From NCBI GenBank assembly GCA_003344405.1, contig NOWV01000110.1:124001-188000 (forward strand): a stretch of DNA of 64,000 nt, read 5' to 3'. A model generated the notes under the pieces. It ran no database searches and had not been told where the DNA came from. It saw nothing but the letters and a program-made list of their open reading frames with translations. The DNA is from Trichoplax sp. H2. Taxonomy: Eukaryota. The position numbers and the translations under genes are program-made. The stretch's first letter is position 1, and every line of letters begins with the position of its first letter. Below are positions 41,135 to 54,162 of the stretch, piece by piece.

Positions 41135-41411
41135 CCATCGTCGGGAGTGAAGCTATTTCACTTGAAAGGTTAGATAAAATGACAAGAATCAGTAGTAGGA
41201 GAAAGATTTGTAGCAAAATTCCTCATTTTCTCGTCATAATAGTAATTGTAGTTGCAGTAAAGACAAGCTCATAGAAGATTGAACTAGTAAAATTGTATCG
41301 TCAGAAAATATGAAATATGCAGTGTGCCTTGCCGCCAGGTTAATTCTTATAACGAAAATACATGCTTAATCATAGAATTTATGCACTATTTCTATTCCTC
41401 CCGACGATAGG
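41135..41411. mobile_element. MITE-like non-autonomous DNA transposon remnant (~277 bp)
   Basis: GC-rich terminal inverted repeats CCATCGTCGGGAG (41135-41147) and CTCCCGACGATAGG (41398-41411) around AT-rich non-coding DNA. TA on the left side; TSD not clean. Confidence 0.5.
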
Positions 41412-41575
41412 ATATCATCACGATTTCAACACGTACAGTAGGTAAATATTTGGATGAAAAATCTGACATTAGACTCATTATTTTACTTTCCTGTAGTAGT
41501 TTAACTTTCCTCTTTCCAACTTTGGATATTTGGTAATCAACTGCATGAGCTAAACGAGTTCTTAGGATAATATTC

Positions 41576-41602
41576 TTATATTATATTATATTATATTATA
41601 TT
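41576..41602. repeat. (TTATA)n microsatellite
   Basis: Five tandem TTATA units. Confidence 0.85.
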
Positions 41603-42615
41603 TAGTCCGGTGTCCAATGTCCACTTTCGTTGCTTTAATTAATTATTATTCATTAATAACACCAGTCACAGAAGCAATCCGTCCATTAATGTGATAGTGT
41701 TAATTTATTTCCAACAGGTGTCTCAGTTAGTACTTTGACTACTTTCATCTTATTGTAAGCCATGTTGCTGTATAGGGCGGCAACCATACTGGAGGAGGAT
41801 CTCTAATCTTCCTCAAAGCAGTACAGCACCTGCACAGGAGAATCAAAGTTTCCTCCTTCCAACTGTGCCTTGAAGCTTTTAACCCAAGGTTAAACGGTGA
41901 TCTTAATAAACCTTGCGATCAATCGCTCTCAATTCTATAGAGTTAATTAATATCTCGTTTCACAAAGTAAAAATAAAAAACATTTGGCCCAAGCACTCGT
42001 CTAAGCCGGCCGGCATCGAAGAACTCTTCAAAGTCTACTCTATTGGAAGAGTTAAAATTCACTAAACTTGGGCACAAAAATTGGTGTGCGTTCACTATAA
42101 TCGGAGTGCTACTGAAATTTGCTTGGATAGTACAGGACGTATATATAAGGAACTAAGGTGCGGTATTTTATTCATTCGATGAATTTTAATTTTACTATGT
42201 AAACGGATTAATTGTCCCTATTTCAAGTGGTGAGCATAATTACATTTCCATCAGTAGCCGTATCCATTGGACCGGCAATCAAACTGTTGTTAAACAAGGA
42301 TAAGGCTTGATTTGAGGTTCATTTTATTGCACTAAAAGGGATGAACCTTAGAACCCTTGTATTTTTGCTAGATTATCTTATTACAACCGTAAGCTAAGTC
42401 TAAAATAAAAGCAAACTTTACAGTTTGAACTAAACAGTTAACATCGTCAGGATGCTTGGATCAAGCTCATTTCAATTTCAATAGTCATTTGGTCAAATTT
42501 ACATTTACTGCATGATGAATGTTAATTAAAAACACACGAAACTACTGTATGCGCGTATTTACTTTTATTTTTTTATCCATCTACACTATTAACAGAATTA
42601 CTAGATATCATCGTC

Positions 42616-43596
42616 ATGAAAGATTCAACCTTCGCCATCACCACTTGTAGTATTGCTGCCGCGATTGGTGTTTCCCTATTTTTCTTACGTCGATACTTTG
42701 CTGGTAGATATTGCAACAGTAAGGCGATGATGCATCAGAAAACTATCATCATCACCGGCTGCAATACTGGCGTCGGCAAGGAAACGGCAATCGATCTGGC
42801 AAAACGAGGAGCACGCGTTATCATGGCTTGTCGTGATGATCAGCGTGGATTACAAGCCGCTCAACAGGTTCGCCAGCAAAGTGGTAACAACAATGTTACC
42901 TACAAACACTTGGATCTTGCATCTTTTGCTTCTATTCGTCAATTTGCCAATGATATTATTGATAATGAGAAACAAATTTCTGTACTAATCAACAACGCAG
43001 CTGTAGCTCATTGCCCTTATAGCACAACACAAGAAGGATTTGAGATGCAATTTGGTGTAAATCATCTTGGCCACTTTTTACTAACCAACTTGTTATTAGA
43101 CAAGCTAAAGGAATCTGCTCCCAGTCGAATCGTTATTGTTTCCTCCGGTTTATACAAATATGCAACGATTGATTTCGATGATTTGCATGGTGTTCGATAT
43201 TACTCACCTCAAGTAGCCTATAAGCAAAGTAAATTAGCTAACCTTCTCTTTGCCCATGAGTTAAATAAGAAACTTCAAGGCTCTGGTGTCACAGTCAATT
43301 CTGTACATCCTGGAGTAGTCAGAACTGATTTAGGAAGGCACTCCGAATGGGTCAAGTCATATTGGATTGTTCTACTAAGGCCTTTGCTGATGTTAATATT
43401 AAAAACGCCTTTGCAAGGTGCTCAGACGTCTATTTACTGCGCTGTTGCAGAAGAATTGGAAGGTGTTTCTGGTCATTATTACGGCGATTGCATGGAAAAG
43501 AAATTACTACCAAGGGCTAAAGACGATGAAATTGCCAAGAAACTATGGGATATTAGCTGTAAACTTGTCAATCTAACAGAAAGTAAAAGGAAATAG
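42616..43596 (+). CDS. RDH14: Retinol dehydrogenase 14-like short-chain dehydrogenase/reductase (RDH11-14 family), intronless, 326 aa
   Basis: N-terminal hydrophobic anchor, TGCNTGVG Rossmann motif, MACR, LINNAA, QFGVNHLGHFLLT, RIVIVSSGLYKY, catalytic YKQSK, HPGVVRT and GAQTSIYCA. Confidence 0.88.
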   Translation: MKDSTFAITTCSIAAAIGVSLFFLRRYFAGRYCNSKAMMHQKTIIITGCNTGVGKETAIDLAKRGARVIMACRDDQRGLQAAQQVRQQSGNNNVTYKHLDLASFASIRQFANDIIDNEKQISVLINNAAVAHCPYSTTQEGFEMQFGVNHLGHFLLTNLLLDKLKESAPSRIVIVSSGLYKYATIDFDDLHGVRYYSPQVAYKQSKLANLLFAHELNKKLQGSGVTVNSVHPGVVRTDLGRHSEWVKSYWIVLLRPLLMLILKTPLQGAQTSIYCAVAEELEGVSGHYYGDCMEKKLLPRAKDDEIAKKLWDISCKLVNLTESKRK

Positions 43597-44683
43597 CCCC
43601 TTTATTACTTTCCTACCTACTGTACAGTCAATTCTGCTCGTTTATCTAGTCCATACGGCATCAATAACGATGCTAAGAGATTTATCTGGCTATTAGCTGT
43701 GCTTATAAGTAATATTCATTAAGCCATACTGTAATTTTAGAGTTCTCAATTTTAGTTAACTAGTTGAAACTGACTTGGTACAGTAGTTGCTCCAATCGAC
43801 CGTAAACCATTCTTGTCGCAGCTTCCAGCAATAAAATAGCCACTGCTGTTATGTCTACTAAAGTAACTTAGAAATTATTTTTGACAGCTATTTATACATT
43901 ACCAGTCTTCTCTAGAATCAGAGGTAGAGCTCCCTCTGATGTAAAAAGTAACTACTTACATGCATTTGAGCTAGGTTTGCCAGCAATGATAACTGTACTC
44001 GTGTATGAGTACATTATACCTGAAAGTTTACGCAGTGTAACTCATATATAAAAATTATACTGCTTAAATTTTCAATTATTTCATCTGAAGGCAAGTGGTC
44101 CTTATTGTAAGCGATTATCTAATCTCTATAGACAATTAACTAGGTCATTTACGCGTAAATTGAATGATATCCATGGAATGGATAATACTGGTAAAGATGA
44201 TACTTGCATAATGAAAAATAAATCGTTTATTAAAGTGATTTCTCTTCATGTTATTACCAGTTAATTTGCAAGAATTGTAGGTGAATAGAAGTAAATACTC
44301 TTTTGCAGTAATTATAAGATCATGTACAATGGAAAGCAATCGATTACACAGATTTCTTTTCATTTTTTAGACCAGCTCATTTTACAGGAGTTGTAAGTTA
44401 ATACCAATAAATGTATATTTGGGTAATTATTACATCATGTATATTGGAAATGGAATCGTTATTAGTGACTCCGATTTCTTTACCTTTTTGACTAACTAAT
44501 TTGTGAGAATTGTACATTACTGTCGTATCAATAAATGTTCTTCTTGGATAATTATAAGATCATGTACAGTGGAAAAGGAATCGTTATTAGTGACTTTGAT
44601 GCCTTTTCATTTTTGACATGCTCATTCGCAAGGATTGTAAGTTAGTATCAATAAATGTTCTTTATGGGCAATTATTACATCAT

Positions 44684-44849
44684 TGTCACAAAACAGCTTG
44701 TGTGATCGAACCTAAACTAGCCTATCTACTCTATTTAATGAATCACCGATTAACTACGGGATATACAGAAACTAACCTATCCAATAGTCGAGAATCGAAA
44801 CAGACGGCAGGGGTTTAGTCGTAATCAAGGAGCATCAAGCTCCATAACA
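44684..44849 (-). mobile_element. Solo-LTR-like insert A (166 bp) with 5-bp TSD ATCAT/ATCCT
   Basis: Interrupts a satellite unit exactly at ATCAT. The minus strand reads TGTTATGGAGC...AAGCTGTTTTGTGACA, giving TG...CA ends and a short terminal inverted repeat. Confidence 0.65.
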
Positions 44850-45205
44850 ATCCTGTACAATGGTAATGGAATTGTTATTAGTGACAGAGAATTCTTTCCA
44901 TTTCGGACTAGCTAATTTGCAAGAATTATACATTAGTGTTACGGAGTTCGCTCCGCGTATTTGGTAAATATTTTGATTATAAGTAGAACCATATTTTGTT
45001 ACAGATTGTTGTGCTGATGAGTTATATAGCATACAGTAGTATCATTTAAGACTAATAGCATAAAAGTAATTAACCACTAGCATTAATTGGACTATTCACT
45101 GAAGGACAGTCAAGGAATAAGTTAGTTTTCCATACTGGAGCTTTCCTAAGTTAGCTAGAAAGCCTTCCAGAGGGAATTAGTTTGAGAATCGTTGATAAAG
45201 CTACT

Positions 45206-45225
45206 NNNNNNNNNNNNNNNNNNNN
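45206..45225. other. Assembly gap (20 N)
   Basis: Run of n in the sequence. Confidence 1.
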
Positions 45226-45608
45226 TTACGGAGTTCGCTCCGCGTATTTGGTAAATATTTTGATTATAAGTAGAACCATATTTTGTTACAGATTGTTGTG
45301 CTGATGAGTTATATAGCGTACAGTAGTATCATTTAAGACTAGTAACATAAAAAGTAATTAACCACTAGCATTAATTGGACTATTCACTGAAGGACAGTCA
45401 AGGAATAAGTTAGTTGGAAATTCTTCCAGTGTGAATTAGACTAGGAATCGTTGATAAAGCTACTTTGTGACGATTAGTATCGATAAGTGTTCTTTTTTTG
45501 GGGGGGGGGGGTAATGATTACATCATGAATAATGGAAATGGAATCGTTATTAGTGACAGAGAATTCTTTCCATTTCGGACTAGCTAATTTGCAAGAATTA
45601 TACATTAG

Positions 45609-45885
45609 TGTTACGGAGTTCGCTCCGCGTATTTGATAAATATTTTGATTATAAGTAGAACCATATTTTGTTACAGATTGTTGTGCTGATGAGTTATATA
45701 GCATACAGTAGTGTCATTTAAGACTAATAGCATAAAAGTAATTAACCACTAGCATTAATTAGACTATTCGCTGAAGGACAGTCAAGGAATAAGTTAGTTT
45801 TCCATACTGGAGCTTTCCTAAGTTAGCTAGAAAGCCTTCCAGAGGGAATTAGTTTGAGAATCGTTGATAAAGCTACTTTGTGACC
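45609..45885 (+). mobile_element. Solo-LTR-like insert B (277 bp) with 5-bp TSD ATTAG; further copies at 44937-45205 (runs into the gap) and 45226-45472
   Basis: TAC-ATTAG-[TGTTACGGAGTTCGCTCC...AAGCTACTTTGTGAC(C/G)]-ATTAG-TATC inside the satellite unit. The termini are related to insert A. Confidence 0.65.
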
Positions 45886-47349
45886 ATTAGTATCAATAGT
45901 ATCAATAAGTGTTCTTTTGGAGTAATGATTACATCATGGATAGTGGAAAAGGAATCATTAACAGTGATCGAGATTTCTTTTAATTTTTAACCAACTAATT
46001 TGCAAGAATTGTACAAGAGTAAAAATAAATATTCTTTTGGGGTATTTATAACATCAGAAAAACTATTGTTCAAAATGCAAATCTGTAACGTGAGAAAATT
46101 AAACTAACTACTGGACTTATATTCATCTTGTATATGTCTCCTAATCATACTGTCGATTACCGTTGACGTCATTGATGTTGATATATCTTGTTATTTTTAC
46201 CTTGGCTGCTGCTGACTGTGGAGTAATTATTACTTTACTAGCAAGAAATTATTTTCTACCCTTGTTTATAACTACTTCAGCTTACATCTTGATAGCAAAA
46301 AGCCAGTGGAAAAGCCGATGATTGATATCTAAATGCGATCAGATCTACATCCAATTGCGCCTTTATTTGCGCTCATGCTATATTCTATCGTACCATCCAC
46401 TACTCTTTGCATTGCCATTACATATTAAGTTTGATGAAAATATTTATAAGAAATAAGGTGAATTTATCAAAGGACACGATACACGAGTAAACCCAATCAC
46501 TTTATCCGTGTTCTAATTTAGGGATATTAACCTATTTTTGCTTTTCATGATTATACTGTCTGCAGTAGTATACGAACGCATTAAATAAATATGAGATAGC
46601 GAATGAATGTTCAATTTACTTTACACTGGATGATCGCTATCATTTCTCAAGAAGAAAAATCAGGAATGAACCTATTTAAAAGTAGATCGATAAACATATT
46701 GAAAGTATTAACAATCGCTTTCTCTCGAGATAAAAATTGTTGTTGCAACTCCAAGTCGTCCCAAACCTATTACAATGAGCAAGCTAGAAAATAAATCGAA
46801 TCAATTTTTTATTGCTTGTTATTTGGTTAGGATGCTATTAAAATTAGAAGAATGTTTCAAGTCATAAGCAGAGATCGGTACCAAAAATTTAACTAATGTT
46901 GATCGCTAGTCGAAAATTTTTCATATTTTTGCCTTTCCCTGCTGTATTTCAATTAGCAGCTAATGAATGATTGTCGTATTTACTTCTTTATAAAAACAAA
47001 AAACAATCGTTGCAGAATAGTAATAGATTGGATAAAATAGTCCCAGATACTCTTATAGCAAATATGACCAATTTGAAGACGATCAAGGACCGTAGAAATT
47101 CTTTAACTACAAAATAACTATCGTAGCAGCTAGGCTATGACAATGATGTAACACTAGTTGTCAATTTATCGTATCAATCATATCATTATGCTAACTGATA
47201 CCTTAGGGAAGAAAGCGTGTAATTTAGATTGATATATGTAGCTATTTATTATTCTTATAGAGTCGATAGTCATGGCGCTCTCTTTCAATGAAATTTGCCT
47301 CTCCACATCATTATCATTGCCGAAGTATTTACATAGAATGATATCATGA

Positions 47350-50300
47350 TTGTGATATTATGAATTCCAGATTACTCCTACTCTTCGCTTCGTTGATACC
47401 TTAGCGTGGTAAGTTGATTATCGTTGATCAATCACTTTAGCGACAGTAGCTATTACCCAACTGGCTTACCGGCCTAACAAAATGGACGCCAATGTTACTA
47501 TCTTTAACTTTTGTTTAAGTTCAGTATTGACGAAAGCAAATAGCTCAGTTTCAGTATTGGCCCTAGCCAAAGCACACTAATCATAATAATAACATTGAAA
47601 TACATTGTCTCCTACTTATGTAACCCAAGGTAGGAATTCAATCATTTTACAACCTGAGCAATGACGATAACTAACGTTAATCCAATTCTCCTTTCTAATT
47701 GTGGTGTAATATTGACACAAGTCATTGAATACTTATTTATTGACGATCCTGTCATCATTGATTACTATCTTTGATTAGCCATTTTATAGAATAGGTAATG
47801 ATGTCATAATATATGGATGATGTCGGTGCTCGATAGAGCGCTGTAGACGCAAATTGAGTGCACCCAATGGAGATCAACACAAACTCATGGCTGAAAATAG
47901 CATCACTGTAGGGTTACCTAACCTTGATCTATCTTCTTTAATCCATATTTATGAAGCCATTATAGATAGACAATATTCAGTTGCCTCGCCAATTTAACAC
48001 CCTAATGATGAGTGAGAATTCAACCTGAAACAAATTGCTATCCATTAGAGCAATGTAGGTAGGGGGTTGGGTGGAGTAGGCAAATAGAGAATGGACCATA
48101 TTCTTAAAGGCAAATGATGACAAAATAGAATCATTAATGTTCTTTTTCCACCATTCAATGATTCCTGTGAAAGTGATTGAATAGATTCTATGGAAATACA
48201 AGTCTTCTTCCATTCGGCCATCTATAAACTTCATTGTCTCTATTACTACGTCGACATAACTATTGATGATTGATCTACCGCATCGTATTGATGATCAGTT
48301 ACACCCACTGAATGTTTATTCCTATTTTTTTCCTTTAATACAAGATTTGCTTTGTTTTGTCTTGTTCTTATTATTCCTCAATTGGACAAGTACCAGTCTC
48401 CTTCATTCACATCATTTCTCTATAGGTTATATTACTATTCTCTTTCCTCTATGTATCCATTCGATAATTATTTCGTCTACATCGTGGAGCGAGGTGTGGT
48501 AGAATGCAATCCTGGAGAATAAAGGCTAGCCATTATCGTAGTCCATAGTATGACCGTAGCGATATAATTAGATAGCGCAATTTTAGTTATAAATTGGCTG
48601 ATTGTTGATTAGTTAAACTAGATAAAAACTCCATCCATTGACTTCTTTCATTCATATCATCATTACTTGTGTTTGAATGAGTACTATCGTATTTTAGATA
48701 TTCTCCTTTTTGATTGAATTTCGTTTCTGGTCAGTCCTTCATCGTTATCTATAGTTTCGTCGGATTGAATTTCATATCTTGAAATCATTTATACCACTGT
48801 AAATTCAATTCTTTCCATTGATTTCAATCCGTTGGTTTGGGTTACACAATCGTTATATCGATCTTTGAAGTTAAAACTTTATTGGGTAAGAAAAACCATA
48901 GAGTACAGAAGGAAAAAAGAAATGATGCTGACGTCCAAACGTGTTCTCTTGGTAAGATTTGATGATGGTTATAGCCATCAAATAGCGTTAAACTCGGTTT
49001 ATTTGCTGTATTAGTATCTTTTTTTCACGGATAGTCAGCCAATGAAGAATTTACTCGTAGAAAACTTATTCTATCATATCCTGAATATCATTTAAATGCG
49101 TCTAAATTCAATTTTTTCTTATACTCTTCACAAATCTGATCCATCGGTTCGTTGAACTCCATTTGACTGTAATGGATATTCATGTAAAATTAGTAGACTC
49201 CTATTTGTTCCTTTAGCTATTTCAAAGTGATGCTTAGATAAGCATTTGCTTCTTCTAGACTTGCAAAATGACTTGATATTTTTGAAAACCACAACCAAGC
49301 CCATGATAATGTCCTGTCCGTAATACATCTTTCTTCTTAAACTCGGATAGTCCTGAAATGATACAACAAAGTCACAGAGTTGATTCTTAAACTGTATCAT
49401 CCAACAGCAATCCAAGATTAATCCATTCGCGAAATAAGTTCAGCCATTCTAAAGTTGATATTCAACTACACTACTGTATAAACTCTCGTATTTTACAGAC
49501 AAGAATAATCTGCATAATTTAAATATAGAGAGAATGGATCAAGTGAAATGATTGTCTACGGGTAATGAAATTCAATTCATCTTTACTACGTAATTACATT
49601 ATCATGGACTATCCCAATTGAGAACTTTTTCTTCATTTCCTGGGAATAATCGTCCAAAGTCTACAAGTCCGCCTTGTATTCTAAAACTAAAACTGTTAAT
49701 GTAATTACTTGACAAGAATTGAAAGATAGTTTACCAGTTGTTTGTTTAATTCACTTTCATCTGGAAGCAAGTTATATCATCATCGTAGATTGACAAGTTA
49801 ATTTACTCCAACCGTGTTTTATACTCATCATGATTATTGCAGTTTAATCGATTGGAAATGACCTCGTCATGATTTTAGATAATTTATTCTTGCTTCTAAC
49901 AGTCCTTTCAAAAACATTCACTCAATCCCTACGTTTTAACAGTATTTCTATCATGATAACCATGACAATCCATTTCATTATCCAACAAGATGTAAAATAT
50001 GAAAACAAAACCGTTTTTCCTCGGCAAGACAGCGTTTCAAATTGGCCATTTTCTCATCATTCTTTGTCGATTTCGTCTTGCATTCTTCCTCACTGATGGA
50101 TCCTATAATATCAGTTAAGCTTTCTAAATGGATTTGACCTCGTTTTCAAGCGGCATAATTGAGCATAAACTGTCAAGAAGTGTGCCATCATTTTAGTCTA
50201 ACGGTAGTTATAAATATAAATAGAATTTTAAAAGTGAATTAAAGGCAGTAAATCACTGGCTTCCATGGTGAAATGATTGATTTTTTTGCCTTACGCTATT

Positions 50301-50800
50301 GCTGTCAAGAAGGAGTGGAACAACCAAGATAAATGGATTGTTTCAACTCAAATGAACTTTCCGAATAGAGGTTACTCTTTTAACAAGGAAAATGTTGACT
50401 TTAGCGACGATGTTTGTTTAACTGGATCCGGAAATTGAATTTGAAATGATCTACCATCTCGTAACTTGTTTATTCCTACTTTCTATCTCTATTGCAATCC
50501 TTTTAATAAGGGAGAATGAGCTTCATTCCCATTTCCTAAGACCGACTAATATAGGACTAGTAAACTAGAAAATTAAATGGCAGCAAGCTTGATCAATATT
50601 ATACCGGCTGTTTAAGTTAGTTTAAGGCGTGCCGTCGCCATTCCTTTAACATCTATTGTCATCGATGATGAAAATAGTCTAAGGAATTGAATAGCTCGAA
50701 TGCAAATGTGAACAAGGTGTTGGCTAAAGGGAATTATATCCTGCTGATTTGCCTATCAAATTATAATACTATTCACCATCCATTTGTAATAATAAATGGT
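47350..50800 (-). mobile_element. Highly decayed Ty3/Gypsy LTR-retrotransposon pol (PR?-RT-RNaseH-IN), boundaries approximate
   Basis: Minus-strand motif remnants, broken by many stops and frameshifts, in Gypsy order: IISPW (~50270), DGT..FMLNYAA (~50190-50145; cf. DG.R...DYR.LN), IYDDDI (49790-49773; YxDD), TDGSD (~49145; RNase H), YS...E..AI.W (~49010-48970), TCPI (~48390; IN zinc finger), GIIEWW..RTLM (~48165-48135), SLFAYST (~48090), and VGDNV...WLGP (~47615-47558; GPY/F module). Confidence 0.72.
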
Positions 50801-53589
50801 TTAAATCATTGCCATCAAGAGTAATCGTAGGACTACTGTCTATTTTAGCTTGAATCGAGTTTAGGTTACCAACGATTTGATTGTGCTCGTGAGTTGAAAA
50901 GACGCCTTCCATGGGGGTAATTTTTCATCTTTGTACATTACTTATGCTTAACTGTATTGATATGTTCATTCTTAAAGAACGTAATGGATGATTCACAACA
51001 GCAATGGAAAATACTAGCAGCAGTAGTCTGTTTGCTTAAATAATCAAGAATGGATTACGCCAATTGGCCTTGCAAGGCGTCTATTCTAAATCAACATCTA
51101 AATCCAAGTAGTTAGGAAATGCAGTTGTTCAGTTGTCGTTATTGACTTAACAAATTAGCCGTCAATATTCCATAACTTCTGGACTATTTAGAAGAAATGA
51201 AAGTTAACAGATGCAATTAGTACCGCTATTTTAACTCCATTCTTGTCACACGTAGTCTTGGGCAATTTTTTTATTCCCTAAATAATTCTCAGCGAGAAAA
51301 ACGCTCCTGCCACTACATCAATATGCCTCCAGCACCATAGACTAGAGGCCGTATCTCGAATTACCCGATCGTCTATCATGCAATGGATTCTCTATCGATC
51401 ATGATGGTGTCTTGCTGATGGATAAAATTTTCGAAAGGATTTTCCATTGATTATTGTTTCAAAATCACTCTATATCTGAAATACTTTCTTCTACTGACTT
51501 ATTCTCAATCGTTCCTCTCAATCCATTGCATCGTACTATCGATTGAAGATATAAACAGTGTATTGGTAGAATAAAATATCGCTTTATCATAATTATCCAT
51601 TCATCTTCCTGGGCAATCTAATGTTATTATCGATCCCCTATTTGGATTTATTCTATAAGCGATTTTTTGTATCCATTTTCGTCACATTTTCATTAGCAGC
51701 TAATTAACTCCAAATAAAAAGTTCATAAATAACAGTAATTACTGTAAGATGATACTACTACGACAGTAGAATCAAATTGTTTTTGATAGCATGATAGCGC
51801 ATTTTATAAATCATTCCCTCATTTCGATCTAATTTTCTTGAACGAAATTTATTGCGTGGCCAAAATCGAATGGAGACAAAAGCAGAATAAGCTAGTTTAA
51901 CTTTTTGACGTATCTATTTTTAACAATGCTAATGGCTATAGCTCGATTCTTGACAATTGACGATGTGCATGCCTCCACATATTCTAGTCCAAATTTACTT
52001 TAGTTCCTAAAGTATTTTTCCAGCTTTTCTTCCTTGAACACTCTCCCTACCTTTTAAATGATATGCTGGAGATATTAAATGATTGGACAGAGCAAGGTAT
52101 ATCATTTCTCCGATCAGATTCAATATCGTTCCTCTAGATGGGCTAAGTAGCAGTCGAATAACCACCATATAAGTTACCAATTGGCTAAGGATGGATCCAA
52201 TAATTATAATCACAGTTAAATTATGGATTTTATACGATGATAAAATTTATTTGAATTCATTTCTTCGCGAATCTTCTCGTAATTTATTGGCTTGATTCGA
52301 GATTGATTTAAATAGAACTAGATTGAGATATGCGGTAGATTAGCGACAGATTCTACTGAATAGGAAGAATATTGTTACGTTCAACATAAATCTACAAGTA
52401 TCATCGCTTGGAGAGACTTTTAGCCAGATTACAGATTTGGAAAGTAAGAAGTATTTTGCTCATGCTGTATCTTAAGAACTGAGTTCTCTATTCTATAGGA
52501 TTATATTCTACGCGATAGAACAACTATTGCGGTGCTCACCATGAATTTACACACATTTTAGTTTCGAAGATTTTTAAGCTAGATTATGCCTTTAGATATC
52601 AAGCATAAATTGCCCATGTTGATTCGTAGGGTATCATGAATTGGGAATTTTTACTCCACGGGACTATAACTTATGGTGAATTGTAGAGTATTTTTTTTTT
52701 CAATCGTTTTCTTGAATATTGTCGTCTATCTTCCAAACTAGTCTATTCCTAAATTAAAACTGCTGCGTCGTAGATGCCGCTGTGAAGATTCAATACGGAC
52801 AGCCTTAGACCGATGTTTATTATTTCTTTCCGTACCATGGACAAAGATTTAATTTCACTTGCCTCAATCATCGTTTTACGTCCGTGTACACCTTTGAGTT
52901 TTCTTGTAGAATATTGCAATTCGCATATACTGTACTGAATTGGAATTTTGTTCTTCACTTTTACCGGTTCAATTTGCTCTTTAACTCATGGATTGTTGAG
53001 TAGGAATACTAATGCGACAACCAGTAATCCAGTTGTGCTATTTCTATCTATTTGAATTCCAACAATCATTTTGAATGGCCCCAAAATCGAAAAGAGTAAT
53101 AGTACCATTGTATCTGAACATCAATTCGTATATTGATGTGAAAAATGGCTAAACTAAAGTTCCATTTTCATCATGTTTGCCAGAATACTGGAATAATTGA
53201 GAGTTTGCCATGATTATTTGATGATAGAAAGGATTTTATTTTACTGAATCAGTCAAATTTCATTCTTCTGACTCATTGTCATTCTAATTATATGACACAT
53301 TGTCATCATGCAAGACTGATTCTATCCATTTAACTTATGCTCTTTAATTTATTTTAATCATTCGATTGCAAATAACTTTGTTCCTCAATTCAATGTATTA
53401 TATTGAGAGTTTATGGAGGGATTGGACAAATGCAAGCTAGAGATATGCTGTAAAAGGTCAGGGCAGATAGATGGGATAACGAAGCAATTGAAGGCTACCA
53501 AGAATCAATTTCTATTTATTTGTAGAGTAGATCCTCCTCCTCCATCCAATTGCTCTATAAAAATACAGTTAACTTGGCTTTTGTTAGTG

Positions 53590-53978
53590 GATTTCTAGCA
53601 CATTTATACTATATATAGATTGGCAATAAATAAGAAAAGAATGGATCATCTCAGGCACAGAAATGAAAATATTTCGTTCTAGTTTGATGCGATTTTAAGA
53701 GAGGATCTTATACTTTTGTGTGTAGATTTCTAGTACATTTATACTATACCTATATAGATTAGTAATAAATAAGAAATGAATAGGTCATCTCAGGCACAAA
53801 AATGAAAATATTTCGTTCTAGTTTGATGCGATTTTAAGAGAGGATCTTATACTTTTGTGTGTAGATTTCTAGTACATTTATACTATACGTATATAGATTA
53901 GTAATAAATAAGAAAGGAATAGATCATCTCAGGCACAGAAATGAAAATATTTCGTTCTAGTTTGATGCGATTTTAAGA
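53590..53978. repeat. Tandem repeat, ~135-139 bp x about 3
   Basis: GATTTCTAG.ACATTTATACTATA starts at 53590, 53725 and 53864; the copies are near-identical. Confidence 0.92.
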
Positions 53979-54162
53979 TATTGGCTGAGTTTGAAATGAA
54001 TGCAGTTGATGATTGGCGAGGCAATCTCTTCTAATGATAACTTAGAATCAGCTTAACTATCCCGATCAAATGAACTAAAATTAATTCAGTCAGTCTCTTT
54101 ATTATGAACATTGTTTCGAATATTTAGGATATTTACGTATTATCTTTACCTTCTTCCGCAAT

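Larger units (their letters stand above)
44200..46050. repeat. Diverged ~115-125 bp tandem satellite (ATCATGTACAATGGAAA.GGAATCGTTATTAGTGAC...GCAAGAATTGTA) carrying LTR-like inserts and an assembly gap
   Basis: Unit starts recur at about 44319, 44434, 44559, 44679/44850, 45522 and 45933. Confidence 0.8.

Noticed and set aside
44835-45704. Two near-identical small ORFs (MLYNSSAQQSVTKYG...)
   Set aside because: They span LTR-like insert/satellite junctions; the identity reflects the DNA repeat, not a gene family.
44200-46050. CRISPR-like repeat/spacer appearance (also 23297-24870)
   Set aside because: Units are long or contiguous without unique equal-length spacers, there are no cas genes, and the context is eukaryotic.
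52499-52561. Candidate first exon for receptor B (ATGAATTTACAC...)
   Set aside because: The ATG runs into TAG after six codons and no convincing phase-0 donor was found.
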